This document shows positions 1 through 11,810 of a stretch of DNA of 64,000 bases, one piece after another (position 1 is the stretch's first letter; each line of letters starts with the position of its first letter). The stretch comes from Octopus bimaculoides (taxonomy: Eukaryota): positions 34,715,109 to 34,779,108 of the forward strand of contig NC_068988.1 of assembly GCF_001194135.2 (NCBI RefSeq), given 5' to 3'. Under the pieces are notes generated by a model. It worked only from the letters and a program-made list of their open reading frames with translations, was not told where the DNA came from and did no database searches. The position numbers were made by a program, and so were the translations under genes.

Positions 1-1334
1 GAATGACACCACCATTTTTTGCTCTTTTGCTCAATGCTTTCATGTAAAGATGAAGAATGTTAACATTCATGTACCCCACAGACATACGTTGCTGCATACA
101 CACATGCACACACATGATGGGGTGGGTTCTATCCAGTTTCTATCTACCAATTTCACTCATAAGGTATCAGTAACCTGGAACTACAGTGGAAGACCTCTGC
201 CCAAGTTACCATATGGTTATAAAGTGAATTCCATATCCACACGGCTATGCCTGTGCCTTGTCTTAATAAAGTTATAGCATGAGGAGAAGAGACAGTATAT
301 ATAGCCTTTTAGCTATCTAGCTAGTATGGTTGATCAGGATAATGCTCGACATAAACTTCATCAGGTGGATGCCATTGAGAAAACATAGACAGGTAGGTAC
401 ACCTTTGTGGTGGTTGTTTTGGTTTGGAAAAGTCTGAATAAAAAGTTTAGAGTAGAGTTTGGAGTCATAGCTCAGTTAGGATGATGAAAGGGTGAAATGC
501 ACTTGAATTAGGTAAGCATGGATGGGCAAGAGTACCCCACTTTCTATTTTAGAAAGGTAAATCTGTTTGTAGAATCAGAAGAAACAGTAGGGAAGATATT
601 ACATTTCAGTATGTTAGTATTTGTTGTAGGTTAACTAGTGAAGTTTTGCCAATTTGAAATGCACATTGAGTTAATAAATCTCTCATTTGACAACTGACAG
701 CCTAAGCAGATAATCTATAACAGATGAGGCCTTAGAATAATATTGTCAGCTTCATGCATGAAGTATAACATAAAATGCTCGCTGAACTGTTATATCATAT
801 GATATTTGACACCACAAATGGATCTTTCATATTCAAAAAATATTGAATGTTCAGCATTGTGTTCCACGCTCAGCAGTCATCTTCAGAAATGAGTGATGCA
901 TATTTAAAATACTGATGCAATAATAAATAACATTAGTTATTAAGCTAGATACAGCACCATGCTGTGATAAAAATTTGATATCAGGGAAAAAAAGAAAAAC
1001 ACAGCGATTATAATGCCAATGAAAATCATTCATTTGGTGTGCTTGTATATAAAGATCGTGTTTATATGCACTGAGATTGACCTGAAGATTCTACTTCATA
1101 CATGCATTTACCCATGATTGGCACACATCATGACATATACATAAAGGTGTCCACATAGCTTTATTGAAGCATGCACACATAAATATACACACTTGCATGG
1201 AAACAGATGTGGGATAGCATCAGGAAGAGCATTTGACCATAGAAATCTCTGCCTCAATGTAATTTTGTCTGACCCATAGAAGCATGGAAAAGCAGATTAA
1301 AATTAAAACAGTAGTAATCTTGATGACGACTTAC

Positions 1335-1528
1335 ATCATCATCATCGTTTAACGTCCGCTTTCCATGCTAGCATGGGTTGGACGATTTGACTGAGGACTG
1401 GTGAAACCGGATGGCAACACCAGGCTNNNNNNNNNNGAAACCGGATGGCAACACCAGGCTCCAGTCTGATTTGGCAGAGTTTCTACAGCTGGATGCCCTT
1501 CCTAACGCCAACCACTCAGAGAGTGTAG
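1335..1528 (-). mobile_element. 3' part of a SINE/RTE-tail repeat ending in (GAT)n
   Basis: Minus strand ends ...ccaacccatgctagcatggaaagcggacgttaaacgatgatgatgatg. The same tail recurs in decayed form at about 13020-13160, 23750-23850, 36510-36695 and 62580-62720. Confidence 0.65.
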
Positions 1529-1921
1529 TTACATATACACGTATAAACTTAAATCTTTATATGCAGTTATATCATTCATACACACAACCATGTAATGCAA
1601 ACACATTCAGGAAGGTAAACAACTGAGCTAATTGCATATGCTTAATTTATGTGTATGAACATACATATACATTTACAACATGATCGTCATGTGTCAACAC
1701 TTATCTAGTTACATATAGCTTTATGAATGTCATCATCATCATCATCTCCATTTTATGATCAGTTTCCATACTGGCATTGGGTGGGTAGGTCATTGTGGTT
1801 TGAATCAATTCTCATTCACTGTTAATGTCTTCCAGGAAAGGTTAGTGACCACATATTGCTTGTGTGTGTGTGTGTATCTCCTTTGCCAACATGGAAGGCG
1901 GATGTTAAACGATGATGATAA

Positions 1922-1956
<35 letters not shown>

Positions 1957-2194
1957 NNNNNNNNNNNNNNNNNNNNNNNNNNNNNNNNNNNNNNNNNNNN
2001 NNNNNNNNNNNNNNNNNNNNNNNNNNNNNNNNNNNNNNNNNNNNNNNNNNNNNNNNNNNNNNNNNNNNNNNNNNNNNNNNNNNNNNNNNNNNNNNNNNNN
2101 NNNNNNNNNNNNNNNNNNNNNNNNNNNNNNNNNNNNNNNNNNNNNNNNNNNNNNNNNNNNNNNNNNNNNNNNNNNNNNNNNNNNNNNNNNNNNN
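1957..2194. other. assembly gap (N run) between (AT)n and (GATA)n microsatellites
   Basis: 238 N in the sequence. Confidence 1.
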
Positions 2195-2718
2195 GGAGAC
2201 AATGGAAGATGTATAAGCAGATAGATAGACAGATAGATAGATAGACAGACAGATAGAGAGATGGATGTGGTAAAAGAGAGAGAGAGAAGGGCCATTGTAT
2301 TGAAATGGTCTTTTTAAGGAGTGTCAAATAAATAAAAAAATAAATAAATAAATAAGGGTAAACACTTGTTTACTATTTACTTCATTGTTTTGAGAGGGTT
2401 TCTAGGGATGGTAAGAGAAGGAAAAAGAGAGAAGAAAAAATACAGAATAATAAATAGAAACTATAAATAAAACAAAAAATGTCTTCCTGTTTTTTCTTTA
2501 TTTTTTTAGTTGAGTTGTATTTAGAATATATTCCTGTCATACATTCATTTATTTAATTATATTTGGTAAGGTGTAGTTCTGCATGAGTATATATTAGTAT
2601 AATATTTGTAAATTTGAAAAATCAATTAGTAAAAATAACTGTATATATCATATCATACCCACACAAATATACATATATGTACATACAAAACGTATTTCTT
2701 GCCTTTCTTTTTTCTCTT

Positions 2719-3285
2719 TCAAACATTTAACTTCGGTGAAATTGTTTTTATGAAGCGCAGTTTCATTGCCTTTCGGTATTGTGGATCGTCCCGTGTACAT
2801 TTATAAAAGGGAAAGATTTTGAACTTTCCGTCTCCGCATATTTCCAGATGTTTACTCAATGGAATCATTCTTAGTTCTTCTTGTCGGATATGTTGCCTGT
2901 GAATTCTTGCACGTTGGCAAAGTGAGTTATTTGTTTCGCCAATGTAATTTTCTTTACAGTTTGGACAGGTGATGCAGTATATGAGATTTTGTGTTTTGCA
3001 GTTCATATCTGCATTTATTTTAAAAATAGATCCGTTCTTGAACTTTATGTGGAAACCACTTTCTATGTATTTGTAGTTGTTGGTATTGTTACACGTTCCA
3101 CATCTCCTATCACCACATTCTTTTACTATGAATTCTGGTTTAGTCTCTGATCTGAATTCTGCCCTTGTCAGGTGTTTTTTAAGGTTTTTTGGTTGGCGTC
3201 TGCTATTCCGTAAGGTGTTTTTTTCAATCAGAGTTTTCATCTTGGGGCTTTGAAGGAGTATAGGGAACTTGCAAGTTTCACCTGT
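2719..3285 (-). pseudogene. Penelope-like element, 5'-truncated: RT thumb/linker plus GIY-YIG endonuclease
   Basis: ORF 2719-3240 (frame stays open to about 3285) has RQPKNLKKHLTRAEF, the Cys linker CGDRRCGTC, and NLIYCITCPNCKENYIGET...QRARIH...PKLN, the GIY-YIG layout of PLEs. No RT core upstream. Confidence 0.9.
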
Positions 3286-3369
3286 CTACCAATATTTTTT
3301 ATCTAAAGAAATGCCATGAACTCAGATTGGTACAGCTTGGCGTTAGTGTCATCATCGTTGTTGCTTTCA

Positions 3370-3560
3370 GAAGGCGAAGAACCAGAAGAGACACCATGAG
3401 GTATCTTGCCTTACACTAACAGTTTCACCAATCTTCCACCTTGGAGAAGTACTCTATTTTTCATCTACACTGAAGTGGGGCAGAGTTGACCTTAGCGTGA
3501 TTTGATCTAAGAGCTCTGTGTGTTGAAATACATACAGTGAGGCATTCTTTCCAATGCTCT
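3370..3560 (-). mobile_element. decayed tRNA-headed SINE (ATT-tail family)
   Basis: Minus strand ttagagcattggaaagaatgcct...gatcaaatcacgctaaggtcaactctgcc resembles the better copies at 16060-16490. Confidence 0.5.
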
Positions 3561-4249
3561 AATGACTCTTACATGATGAAATGTTGAGTTATGTTTTCGT
3601 GTAAGCTTACATATTTATGCAGGCATGTTCTCTCTCTGGCTCTCTCACACATACACACCAATTGTGCACTCTTATACAAATAGCTAATATAGACTTATAG
3701 ACACTCACACACAGACACACCAAATGGTTACTCAGAGCAACATACAAACTTAATGGATACACATGATCATAATATACACACACTTATACCAACTGCAATC
3801 TTATACATGCATACTTAGTAAGCCATCTCTTTCTCTCTCTCTTTCACGCATGCGCGTGCGCACATGCACACACCTAATACAACCATAATAAGCTTCATTA
3901 TTTTTACTGTTCTGTGTTGTTCCTGTCTGGAATGTCTGCTATAGAGATCATTTCTCACCATTTTCAATTTATATAGGCACCAACAAAACATTATTTCCTT
4001 CTTCCAAACCCAAACATTTCCTTCTTAGCTGCTTCTTTAAAATACACACCCATTCCAATATTCTTTTCATGCTTCCTGGTATCTATGGTTACTCCCCTAA
4101 TGAATCATCTTAATTTTGCAGCTCTGATGTAAATGGTATAATTTACCTTGACGGGAAGTAACTGTTGAGTCTAGGTCACATAGTTTTTATGTTTGTTTTG
4201 TAATCAACTATCTTTTTTTTATTTTTCTCTTCTTTTTTTTTGGCGGGAG

Positions 4250-4620
4250 TATCTATCTTTTACTTCTTTCTGTCATTGGACTGTGGTTATGCTGGGTCAC
4301 TACCTCGAAGGGTTTAGCCAAGCAAATTGATCCTAGTACTTATTTTTTATGTTTGGTACCCATGCTATTGGTCTCTTTTGTCAAACCACTAAGTGATGAG
4401 GACATAAACAAGACAACATCTGTTTTCAGGTGGTGAGGGGGAGACAAAGACACACACACAACATATATACATACACAGAGGCTTCTTTCAGTTTCTGCCT
4501 GCTTTGGTCAGCCCATGGCTTTCGTAGAAGACCTTTTCCCAATATGCTCTACAGTGGGACTGAACCCAAAACCACATGGTTGGGAAGCAAAGCAACTACA
4601 TAGCTATGCCTGTGCCTATC
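4250..4620 (-). mobile_element. bipartite tRNA-headed SINE (octopus OK/OR-like; exact family uncertain)
   Basis: Colinear with the better-preserved copy at 54120-54520 (gcttctttcagtttc...gaagac..ttt..cccaa...cagtgggactgaaccc..aaccacatgg). Confidence 0.65.
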
Positions 4621-5492
4621 TCAACCACACACCGATGCCTGCATTTAAGGGATATTTTCTTTCTTGTACATTTTTGAAGTGGTAAGGATGGCTAGTTCAT
4701 TTTGTCATCAAATACCAGCCAATTTTGAGGGCTTAGGCATGTGAGTTTGAAATGAGGGTATGGACTTCTCATTTCATAGTGAGGTTGCATATTTCTCAGT
4801 TTGTGATGAAGGTGTACACTTATTTCTCAGTGTTATGTCATTAATAATAAAAAAATTATTATTGGGATGTAGATTTTATTTATTATCTTGGACATAGGGC
4901 CTAATTCAAGTCTATCATTGAAGTCTTATGATAAAGTGTTTATCGAAATAATGCAGTTGTCACATGCACTCCCTTTCCTCTGCTGACCTTGACTGAATTA
5001 GCAAATAAAGCTGTAGTCACATGCAAAACACACCATTAAGGAAAACCCTCTTGACACAGAAAGGACAACCATGTTAAATCAAATTAACCTTCATCACATG
5101 ATCATCAGGTTGAGTTACCTGGCACTAATGCAAAACATATGCAGCACTACTTTGATAAAACAATGATACTACATTTGGCATAAAAGGAGGGTGCACAGAT
5201 ATATGCATGGAAGAGGAGATGGTTATCATAGACATGTTAACCCAGAGAGGGTATGTAGCTCTGAATTTATAATAAAGATATCAAGCTGTGAAGACTATGC
5301 TTGCATTACTAGGTAGTAGGTTGAGGGGCTAGACTCTTATGCTAAGGGTGTAGATCTGTTAGTTCATAATAAGCATGTAGATCTCATTGATAATGAGGGC
5401 AGAGACCCCTCTCTTAATACTGTTGTTGTAGACCCATCTGTTACATTTTGAAGTTGGAGATCTATCAACTCAATTAAGTGCAGGCAGTTTTC

Positions 5493-5562
5493 TCAGTTTG
5501 CATCTTGCTTTTTGGGTTCATCTTTTGGGCACAAGCAGACTTCTGAACTCAACTTGTGAGCA
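5493..5562 (-). other. candidate terminal coding exon of a minus-strand transcript
   Basis: Acceptor gtgtgtgctttcag|; phase-2 reading gives AHKLSSEVCLCPKDEPKKQDAN*. No homology recognised. Confidence 0.2.
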
Positions 5563-5861
5563 CTGAAAGCACACACAGACAATATTTCAGCTTGTAGGAG
5601 CTATATTATTTCAAAACATACTCCTCTAACAAAACATATTACATTTACACATTTATTTGGTATTATCATTTATTTTATGAAGCCTGTGGTATAAGAATAG
5701 AGGTTAACCATTTCTTACAATTCTTTTTATTGGAGCTATTTCAGTTCCTACACACCACTGATGTAATAACAGTAACCATAAACATTTTAACTACTCATTT
5801 CTCCTATCCTAAAATTTTGTATTTTTTTATACTGGTTTATATAACGTTGCAAAATTGTATT

Positions 5862-5918
<57 letters not shown>

Positions 5919-6119
5919 AAGAGAGAGAGAGTTTGTGAGTGGTGGAAGAGATTGAACAAGTGTATGAGGTTTTGTGAGGGAAGGAAAATAACATATTTGT
6001 GTGAAAGTGTGTACATGTGCATGAGAATTGTCTGTCTGTTCATCTATAACCCCAATGAAGTCTTCAGCAAATACACTAAGTGCTTCTCAAGATGTAGATT
6101 TCAAATACCATGCATATAC

Positions 6120-6143
6120 CTTCTATACAATGTAAGGTTGAAC
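6120..6143 (-). other. candidate 24-nt exon
   Basis: Strong acceptor ttttcttttgtttttcctaaatag|GTTCAACCTTACATTGTATAGAAG|gtatat with a moderate donor. Confidence 0.3.
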
Positions 6144-6469
6144 CTATTTAGGAAAAACAAAAGAAAATTAAAACTGTAGCTGGTAAATTCTGTGAGAAAA
6201 TCACATACATTACTTTTCTTTATTATGTAATTTATACTATTTATGGGCTATTTTAAACATAAACTGAAAAATCAACATGGGTTAACTTTTTCCGTCAGTT
6301 ATTCATTTAATTCTTACCTAATATAATCTAGCCCATACCTCTTCCTCCTGTGTGAATCACACTCCTCCCCTACTCTAATTTAGGTTTGCAATTAACCCGC
6401 TCACCTTCTCCTAGTAATTCTCACAGAGAGGTCGGTGACCAATTTAAGCCTTTATGTTACATCATGGTT

Positions 6470-6517
<48 letters not shown>

Positions 6518-6519
6518 AG

Positions 6520-6800
6520 TACAGCTTAGTGGTTATGATGATGCAGTTAAGATTGCATGATTGTAGTTTCGAATCCTAGGCAGGCAGAGCACTGTATTCT
6601 TGAGCAAAACACTTCCTTTCATGTTGCTCTATCCACTCAGCTGTAAATAGGTAACCCTGAGATAGACAGATGTTCAAGTCAGGGAGAATGTTGGACTGCC
6701 TGCTTACCCAGTTGGGTGGCATCATTCGAAAGCTAAAGCTATACAAGGAAGCACATTGTAACCAGAATGTATAATAATATCCAGCAGTCTGGTTGATACT
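6520..6800 (+). mobile_element. decayed tRNA-headed SINE with CORE-like central domain
   Basis: agcttagtggtta...gtttcgaatcc (A/B-box-like) followed by ttgagcaaaacacttcctttcatgttgctctatccactcagctgtaaatagg. Confidence 0.55.
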
Positions 6801-7498
6801 CTGGTGTATAATGCCAGAGGATTTGTGTTGTATTGTGCCTTTTATGTTACACTGTAATATCTATGCACCTTAGATGCAGGCATGGGTGTGGAATTAAGAC
6901 TTTCACTTTGTAACCTTGTAGTTTAGGGTTCACTGTGGGGAGACTTCTACTATGGTTTTGGGTCTTTGTTTTCATGTTTAAGCCCTTATTGGTAAACAAA
7001 GTCATGGTTCATACAATGTTATTTGTTCACAGTCTGCTGTTAATATGTTCAATCAGTAGTTATTTATTCAAAGGACTACGGAATATACCATGTTACATGG
7101 AAGCAAATGAGGTTTGGCAATAGGAAGAGCATCTGAACATACAAATTTTGCTTTCATATATTTTGTCTGACCCATGCAAGCATGGAAAATTAACTGTTAA
7201 ACCATAGATGAGGACAATGTTGATATAACATTTTCATGTTATAATGATGCAAGCCTGATTATATTATCAAAAGAACCACAATTCAGTTGGATGACATGCA
7301 AGTAATAGCAGCCAAATTTTATGCAAATTACAACCTAGTGTTTGAAAAAAGAAAGGTTTTTAAATAAAAGGGACATATTGGATGATGTAGTCATGATGGT
7401 CACTACTGGTGTGTTTCTGGTCAGCAGTATGCTCTTCTCAATCATAACTTACTTTGGACTAAAACATTAAGAACAACAGTAACCGCCAAGTCTCTTAC

Positions 7499-7526
7499 CT
7501 CATTAAGTATCGATGGAAGTACAAAA
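7499..7526 (-). other. candidate 28-nt exon (best splice signals in the window)
   Basis: About 70 nt polypyrimidine tract ending ttttttcattcatctgctttcag|TTTTGTACTTCCATCGATACTTAATGAG|gtaaga. Two frames are open (LYFHRYLM or FVLPSILNE). Confidence 0.4.
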
Positions 7527-8325
7527 CTGAAAGCAGATGAATGAAAAAATAAATATTACAAAAAGTAAAAAGAAAGAAATTGCAAAAAAACAACAACAAA
7601 AAAACTGAAGAAAATGTCCAGCCAGTCTACATATTTTAATTGGAGAAACTAATCAACTGTTCTATATCCTATTTGTGCAATATTGAAGCCAATTTCTTAT
7701 ATAATTAGGTGTATTGTCATATAGACTTTAGCTGACTAATCATCCACATTACTGTTGATTGTTAATTGTGACAAAATGAACCAGACACATGACTTGTGTA
7801 ATTTCAAAATGCTTTGACTTTTAGGAATGAAATTACAAGAGACAGTGAGGGAGTGATGTAATGGAGAAATGAGAGAGAGAGAGATGAAAAGAGGGAAAGA
7901 TGTAATGGAGAAGGGAGAGAAAGAGCAAGAAAGATAAAAATAGAAAATAAGAAGAAATTATAATAATGATACAAAAATAAAATAATTATCTTGAAATGAA
8001 AACAAATTAGATGTGAGGAGTATTAGAGTGAAAACTATAGTTCATAATAATGATCATATATGTGTATGAGTGTGTGTGTTATATGGACTCACAAGGCTCA
8101 CTACTTCACACACAACTTGAAAAAAATACCTTCATTATGTAGACTGTGTGAAACATACACTCTATGCAGACCACTTTCAATTTTGTCAAAACATTTTAAA
8201 TGGTGTATATCCTACAGAAGACCAACTTTCATTATTATATAACAAAATCCATGTAGTATAATATATTCTATATGATTCACATGGTACAATTCACATGATA
8301 CAATTGACTTGATAGCATATGCTAT

Positions 8326-8711
8326 GTTGTTGTTGGCACGCCGTCGCTTACGACGTCAAGGGTTCCAGTTGATCCGATCAACGGAACAGCCTGCTCATGA
8401 AATTAACGTGCAAGTGGCGGAGCATTCTACAGACACGTGTACCCTTAACGTAGTTCTCGGGGATATTCAGCGTACATGGTGTGACAAGGCTGACCCTTTG
8501 AATTACAGGTACAACAGAAACAGGAAGTAAGAGTGAGAGAAAGTTGTGGTGGAAGAGTACAGCAGGGTTCACCACCATCCCCTACCGGAGCCTCGTAGAG
8601 CTTTAGGTGTTTTCACTCAATAAACACTCACAACGCCTGGTCTGGGAATTGAAACCGTGATCCTATGATCGCAAGTCCACTGCCCTAACCACTAGGCCAT
8701 TGCGCCTCCAC
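8326..8711 (-). mobile_element. full-length tRNA-headed SINE with (AAC)n tail and 12-bp target-site duplication
   Basis: Head ggaggcgcaatggcctagtggttagggcagtggac...ggtttcaattcccag; tail gtgccaacaacaac; AGCATATGCTAT at 8314-8325 and 8712-8723. Second copy at 63101-63416. Confidence 0.9.
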
Positions 8712-9203
8712 AGCATATGCTATATATTCTACACAAATCACATGGTACATATTCTACACAATGGTACATGTGATTAGAATGTCACAGGAAAGAATTGCTA
8801 CACAGATTCTGGTAGGAGATCTAGGGTTAAACCAAGTATGAGTTGAATATCCTTATCTCAGTTGGTCATGCTTGGAAATCCTGTTGCAAGTGTTGCTCCT
8901 GATAGGACCATGTGGAGAAGATACCTGGGGACTTTACCTCCATGACACTCCAAAGAATAGCGGCTTAAAAAGATGGATGGTAATATTGCTTATCGATGGT
9001 GAAAATGTTTGGTAAATTTATAGTTTGACACTCATCCTGATTTTGGTGTGAAATAATGCTTTTTCTTTGTTTTTTTTTTTTTCTTATGCTATCAACTAAT
9101 CTCATCTCTTAATATGCTGCAAATAATTTTTTCTACAGAAATTGGAGGTGGGTGGGGTAGGGTTGACCCTCAGAAATTCCCCCCTCACTTCCTAAAGTTG
9201 GCC

Positions 9204-9249
<46 letters not shown>

Positions 9250-9669
9250 GTAAAAGGTTTAGATTTAGATTCAAAAATTGAATATCGTACTTATGTTTAG
9301 GCACCAGAATATACTATGGTATGGTATTATATAAAAACCATTCAATTATATAAAAACCATTGATCACCTAGTTTGATTTTTTGATTTTGCTTATTTTGAT
9401 TTTTTTTTATATATAGACGTATGTATATAAGCATGCCTCTTTTTTTTATTTACATCCTACCCTTCCCATAAAAGCTTGAGCAAACAAATGGAATAAATAA
9501 TCCCTTACTTGAAAAGCAGGAAGGGCATCTGGCTATAAAGCAATGCTTCAATAATATGGAAAAATGGATGTAAAACAATTAAGTGTATGAAAAATCTGCA
9601 TATGTTCATGTGGTTTTGATTTAGTGGATCCTGTTAAGTAGCTGGTGTCTTATTTTATTGATTTAATAC

Positions 9670-9698
9670 TTAGTTGGTGAAGGTGAGAAGGATTTAAA
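9670..9698 (-). other. candidate 29-nt exon
   Basis: ttttatatttctgcttcag|TTTAAATCCTTCTCACCTTCACCAACTAA|gtatta. The donor is weak. Confidence 0.2.
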
Positions 9699-9767
9699 CT
9701 GAAGCAGAAATATAAAACTAAATTAAAACATAGTTTGTTGTTCTTTATTTTTCCTGTTCACTACCCT

Positions 9768-9808
<41 letters not shown>

Positions 9809-9829
9809 TGATGGTGGTGATAATAATAG

Positions 9830-10257
9830 ATGAGCGATATAAACAGAAATCAGAGAGTGTGATCGAAAATGCTAATTACAGGATTTTATTGGATTTTTCT
9901 ATAGAAACTGACCATACTATTGAAGCAAGGAAACCAGATGTGATTGTAGGAGACCAAAGAAGGAAAAAAAGTGTAAGATCATAGATTTCGCAATATCATA
10001 TGATAGTATTGGATATCAAAGAAATCGAGAAAATTAAGAAATATCAATCAAAACCTTGCCTAAGAGATGAAAAGATTGTGGAACACCTAAGAGGTTGATA
10101 GATATTGGAATTATGACAGGTATTGTTGACCTGCAGGAAAGTGCCATCCTGTCTTCTGCAGGAATCCAAAGAAAGATTATTGAGTGTTGAAGAGACTTGT
10201 TGTCGCCAAACCTCAGGATAACATCCCTACTATTTAAATTAGCATGCAATAGCTTTT
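9830..10257 (+). mobile_element. R4/Dong-type non-LTR retrotransposon, 3' fragment (RLE domain), decayed
   Basis: Translates ESVIENANYRILLDFSIETDHTIEARKPDVIV...; later LQESAILSSAGIQRK resembles the LQKSALLGTARILRK C-terminus. (AAT)n on both sides. Confidence 0.8.
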
Positions 10258-10375
10258 GAATAATAATAATAATGATAATAATGAAATAATGATAGTAGTA
10301 GTAGTAGTAGTAATAGTAGTTGTAGTAGCAGCAGCAGTAGTAGCAACAGTTGTAATAGTAATAATAGATATAATA

Positions 10376-11600
10376 ATGCATCATCCGAAGGCAGGTATAG
10401 AGAAAATTGGAGAACATGGATTGATGCAGCTGTCGCTGTCTCCAAAGACAGCAACCTTTGGATTAGACACCTATCTAAAGAAAACTGGCCAGAGCTTAAT
10501 TTTGTCTGCAAATATATAACTTCCTAAAAATGCACTCAATATCGGAAGCAACAAAGATGTACATACAAGAATTGAGGATCATTGAGACTGGGGTACAATT
10601 AGATAAACTAGAAGAACCCACTGTGACAGCAAAACAGATAAAAACACTGGCCAAATGGGAAGTCAGTGCTGTGAAATGCATAATAAAGTAAAGCATTGCA
10701 TGGCAAATATCCTACAAAGGCCAGTTATCCTGATGCTGATACAAGTACAACTCATCAATAGTTGACTGCATTTGTTCTTAAATATAGAGTGGAGGGCTTC
10801 ATCATAACACCTCAGGACCAATGTTGCCCACCAAAATCTACCAAGCAAGCATTTTAAAAAATGGTGCTGATCCTGCCTTCCACTTTTGTGGTGCAACCAG
10901 AGAAACAACTGACTACCTCATCTCTGGATGCTTTATGCAAGCCTCAAATGAATGTATTAATTGCCATGATAAACTTGGCCAGAATTTGCACTGGACCATA
11001 TGCCATAAGTCTACATTCCTATATGAGAAGAATTGGTGGGAACATACAGTTGTCTAAATAGTAGAAAATAAAGATATCACCATTCTTTGGAACTCTAGTA
11101 TTCAAACTGATCATTCTATACAGGCCAATAGACCAGATATTGTGGTAAAAAAGAATCACCTTGACAAAACTTGTCTACTCACAAACAATATTTCTGTAAA
11201 AACATTTTTTTAAAAGATAAGTTAAGATAAGGACCTTGAAATAGAGGTCTCAAAAATGTGGCATCTAAGAACAACTATACCTGTGTTGATTGGCACCTTT
11301 GAGACAATACCAAAAGGCACTCTTAAACACTATTGCCAAATACCAGGAAACCACAAAGCATCAGAAAAAAAACATTGTCAACTTGAAAATACCTGATTCT
11401 ATTAAAACTCTTTCAAAACTGAAATATTACAAATTCACCGCAATCTTAGTTTTCATATTCTGGTCTCTTTCCCATACTGTATATCATTGGTAATCATAAA
11501 TAACATCCATAGTAAAATATCCAACCTGCTGTTACTTGAGCTCTCAGGATGAGACTGGGAACAACTCGTTAGAAACAAAATAATGATAATAGTAATAATG
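10376..11600 (+). mobile_element. R4/Dong-type non-LTR retrotransposon, longer 3' fragment (RT end, zinc knuckle, RLE), frameshifted
   Basis: Motifs in order: HHPKAGIEK, HGKYP, QDQ/LPTKIYQASILKNGADP..CGATRETTDYLISGC...CHDKLGQNLHWTIC, ENKDITILWNSSIQTDHSIQANRPDIVVK, DLEIEVSKMWHLRTTIPVLIG. AAT-like tail at 11579-11600. Confidence 0.9.
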
Positions 11601-11810
11601 ATTTCAAATTTTGGCACCAAGTCAGCAAGTTCAAGGGAGGTATGAGTCGATCACATTGACCCTAGTGATTGACTGGTATTTAGTTTATCGAGCCCGAAAG
11701 GATGAAGGTGAACTCGACCTTGGTGAAATTTGAACTCAGAACATAAAGATGGGTGAAGTGCCACTAAGCATTTTGCCGACATGCTAACAATTCTGACAGC
11801 TTGCCACCTT
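11601..11810 (-). mobile_element. tRNA-headed SINE (ATT-tail family) embedded in (AAT)n
   Basis: Minus strand aaggtggcaagctgtcagaattgttagc...gagttcaaatttcacc...gtgccaaaatttgaaa, with AAT repeats on both flanks. Confidence 0.8.

Noticed and set aside
1403-1460. Direct repeat GAAACCGGATGGCAACACCAGGCT
   Set aside because: The copies sit on either side of a 10-N gap, the signature of unmerged contig overlap.
6030-6143. Frame VQPYIV*KVYAWYLKSTS*EALSVFAEDFIGVIDEQ that A-to-I editing of two stops could open
   Set aside because: No evidence for editing, no recognisable homology and no good donor; too speculative.
8640-8711. tRNA-like sequence
   Set aside because: It is the SINE head and continues into the SINE body; not a tRNA gene. 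The same holds for the other SINE heads.
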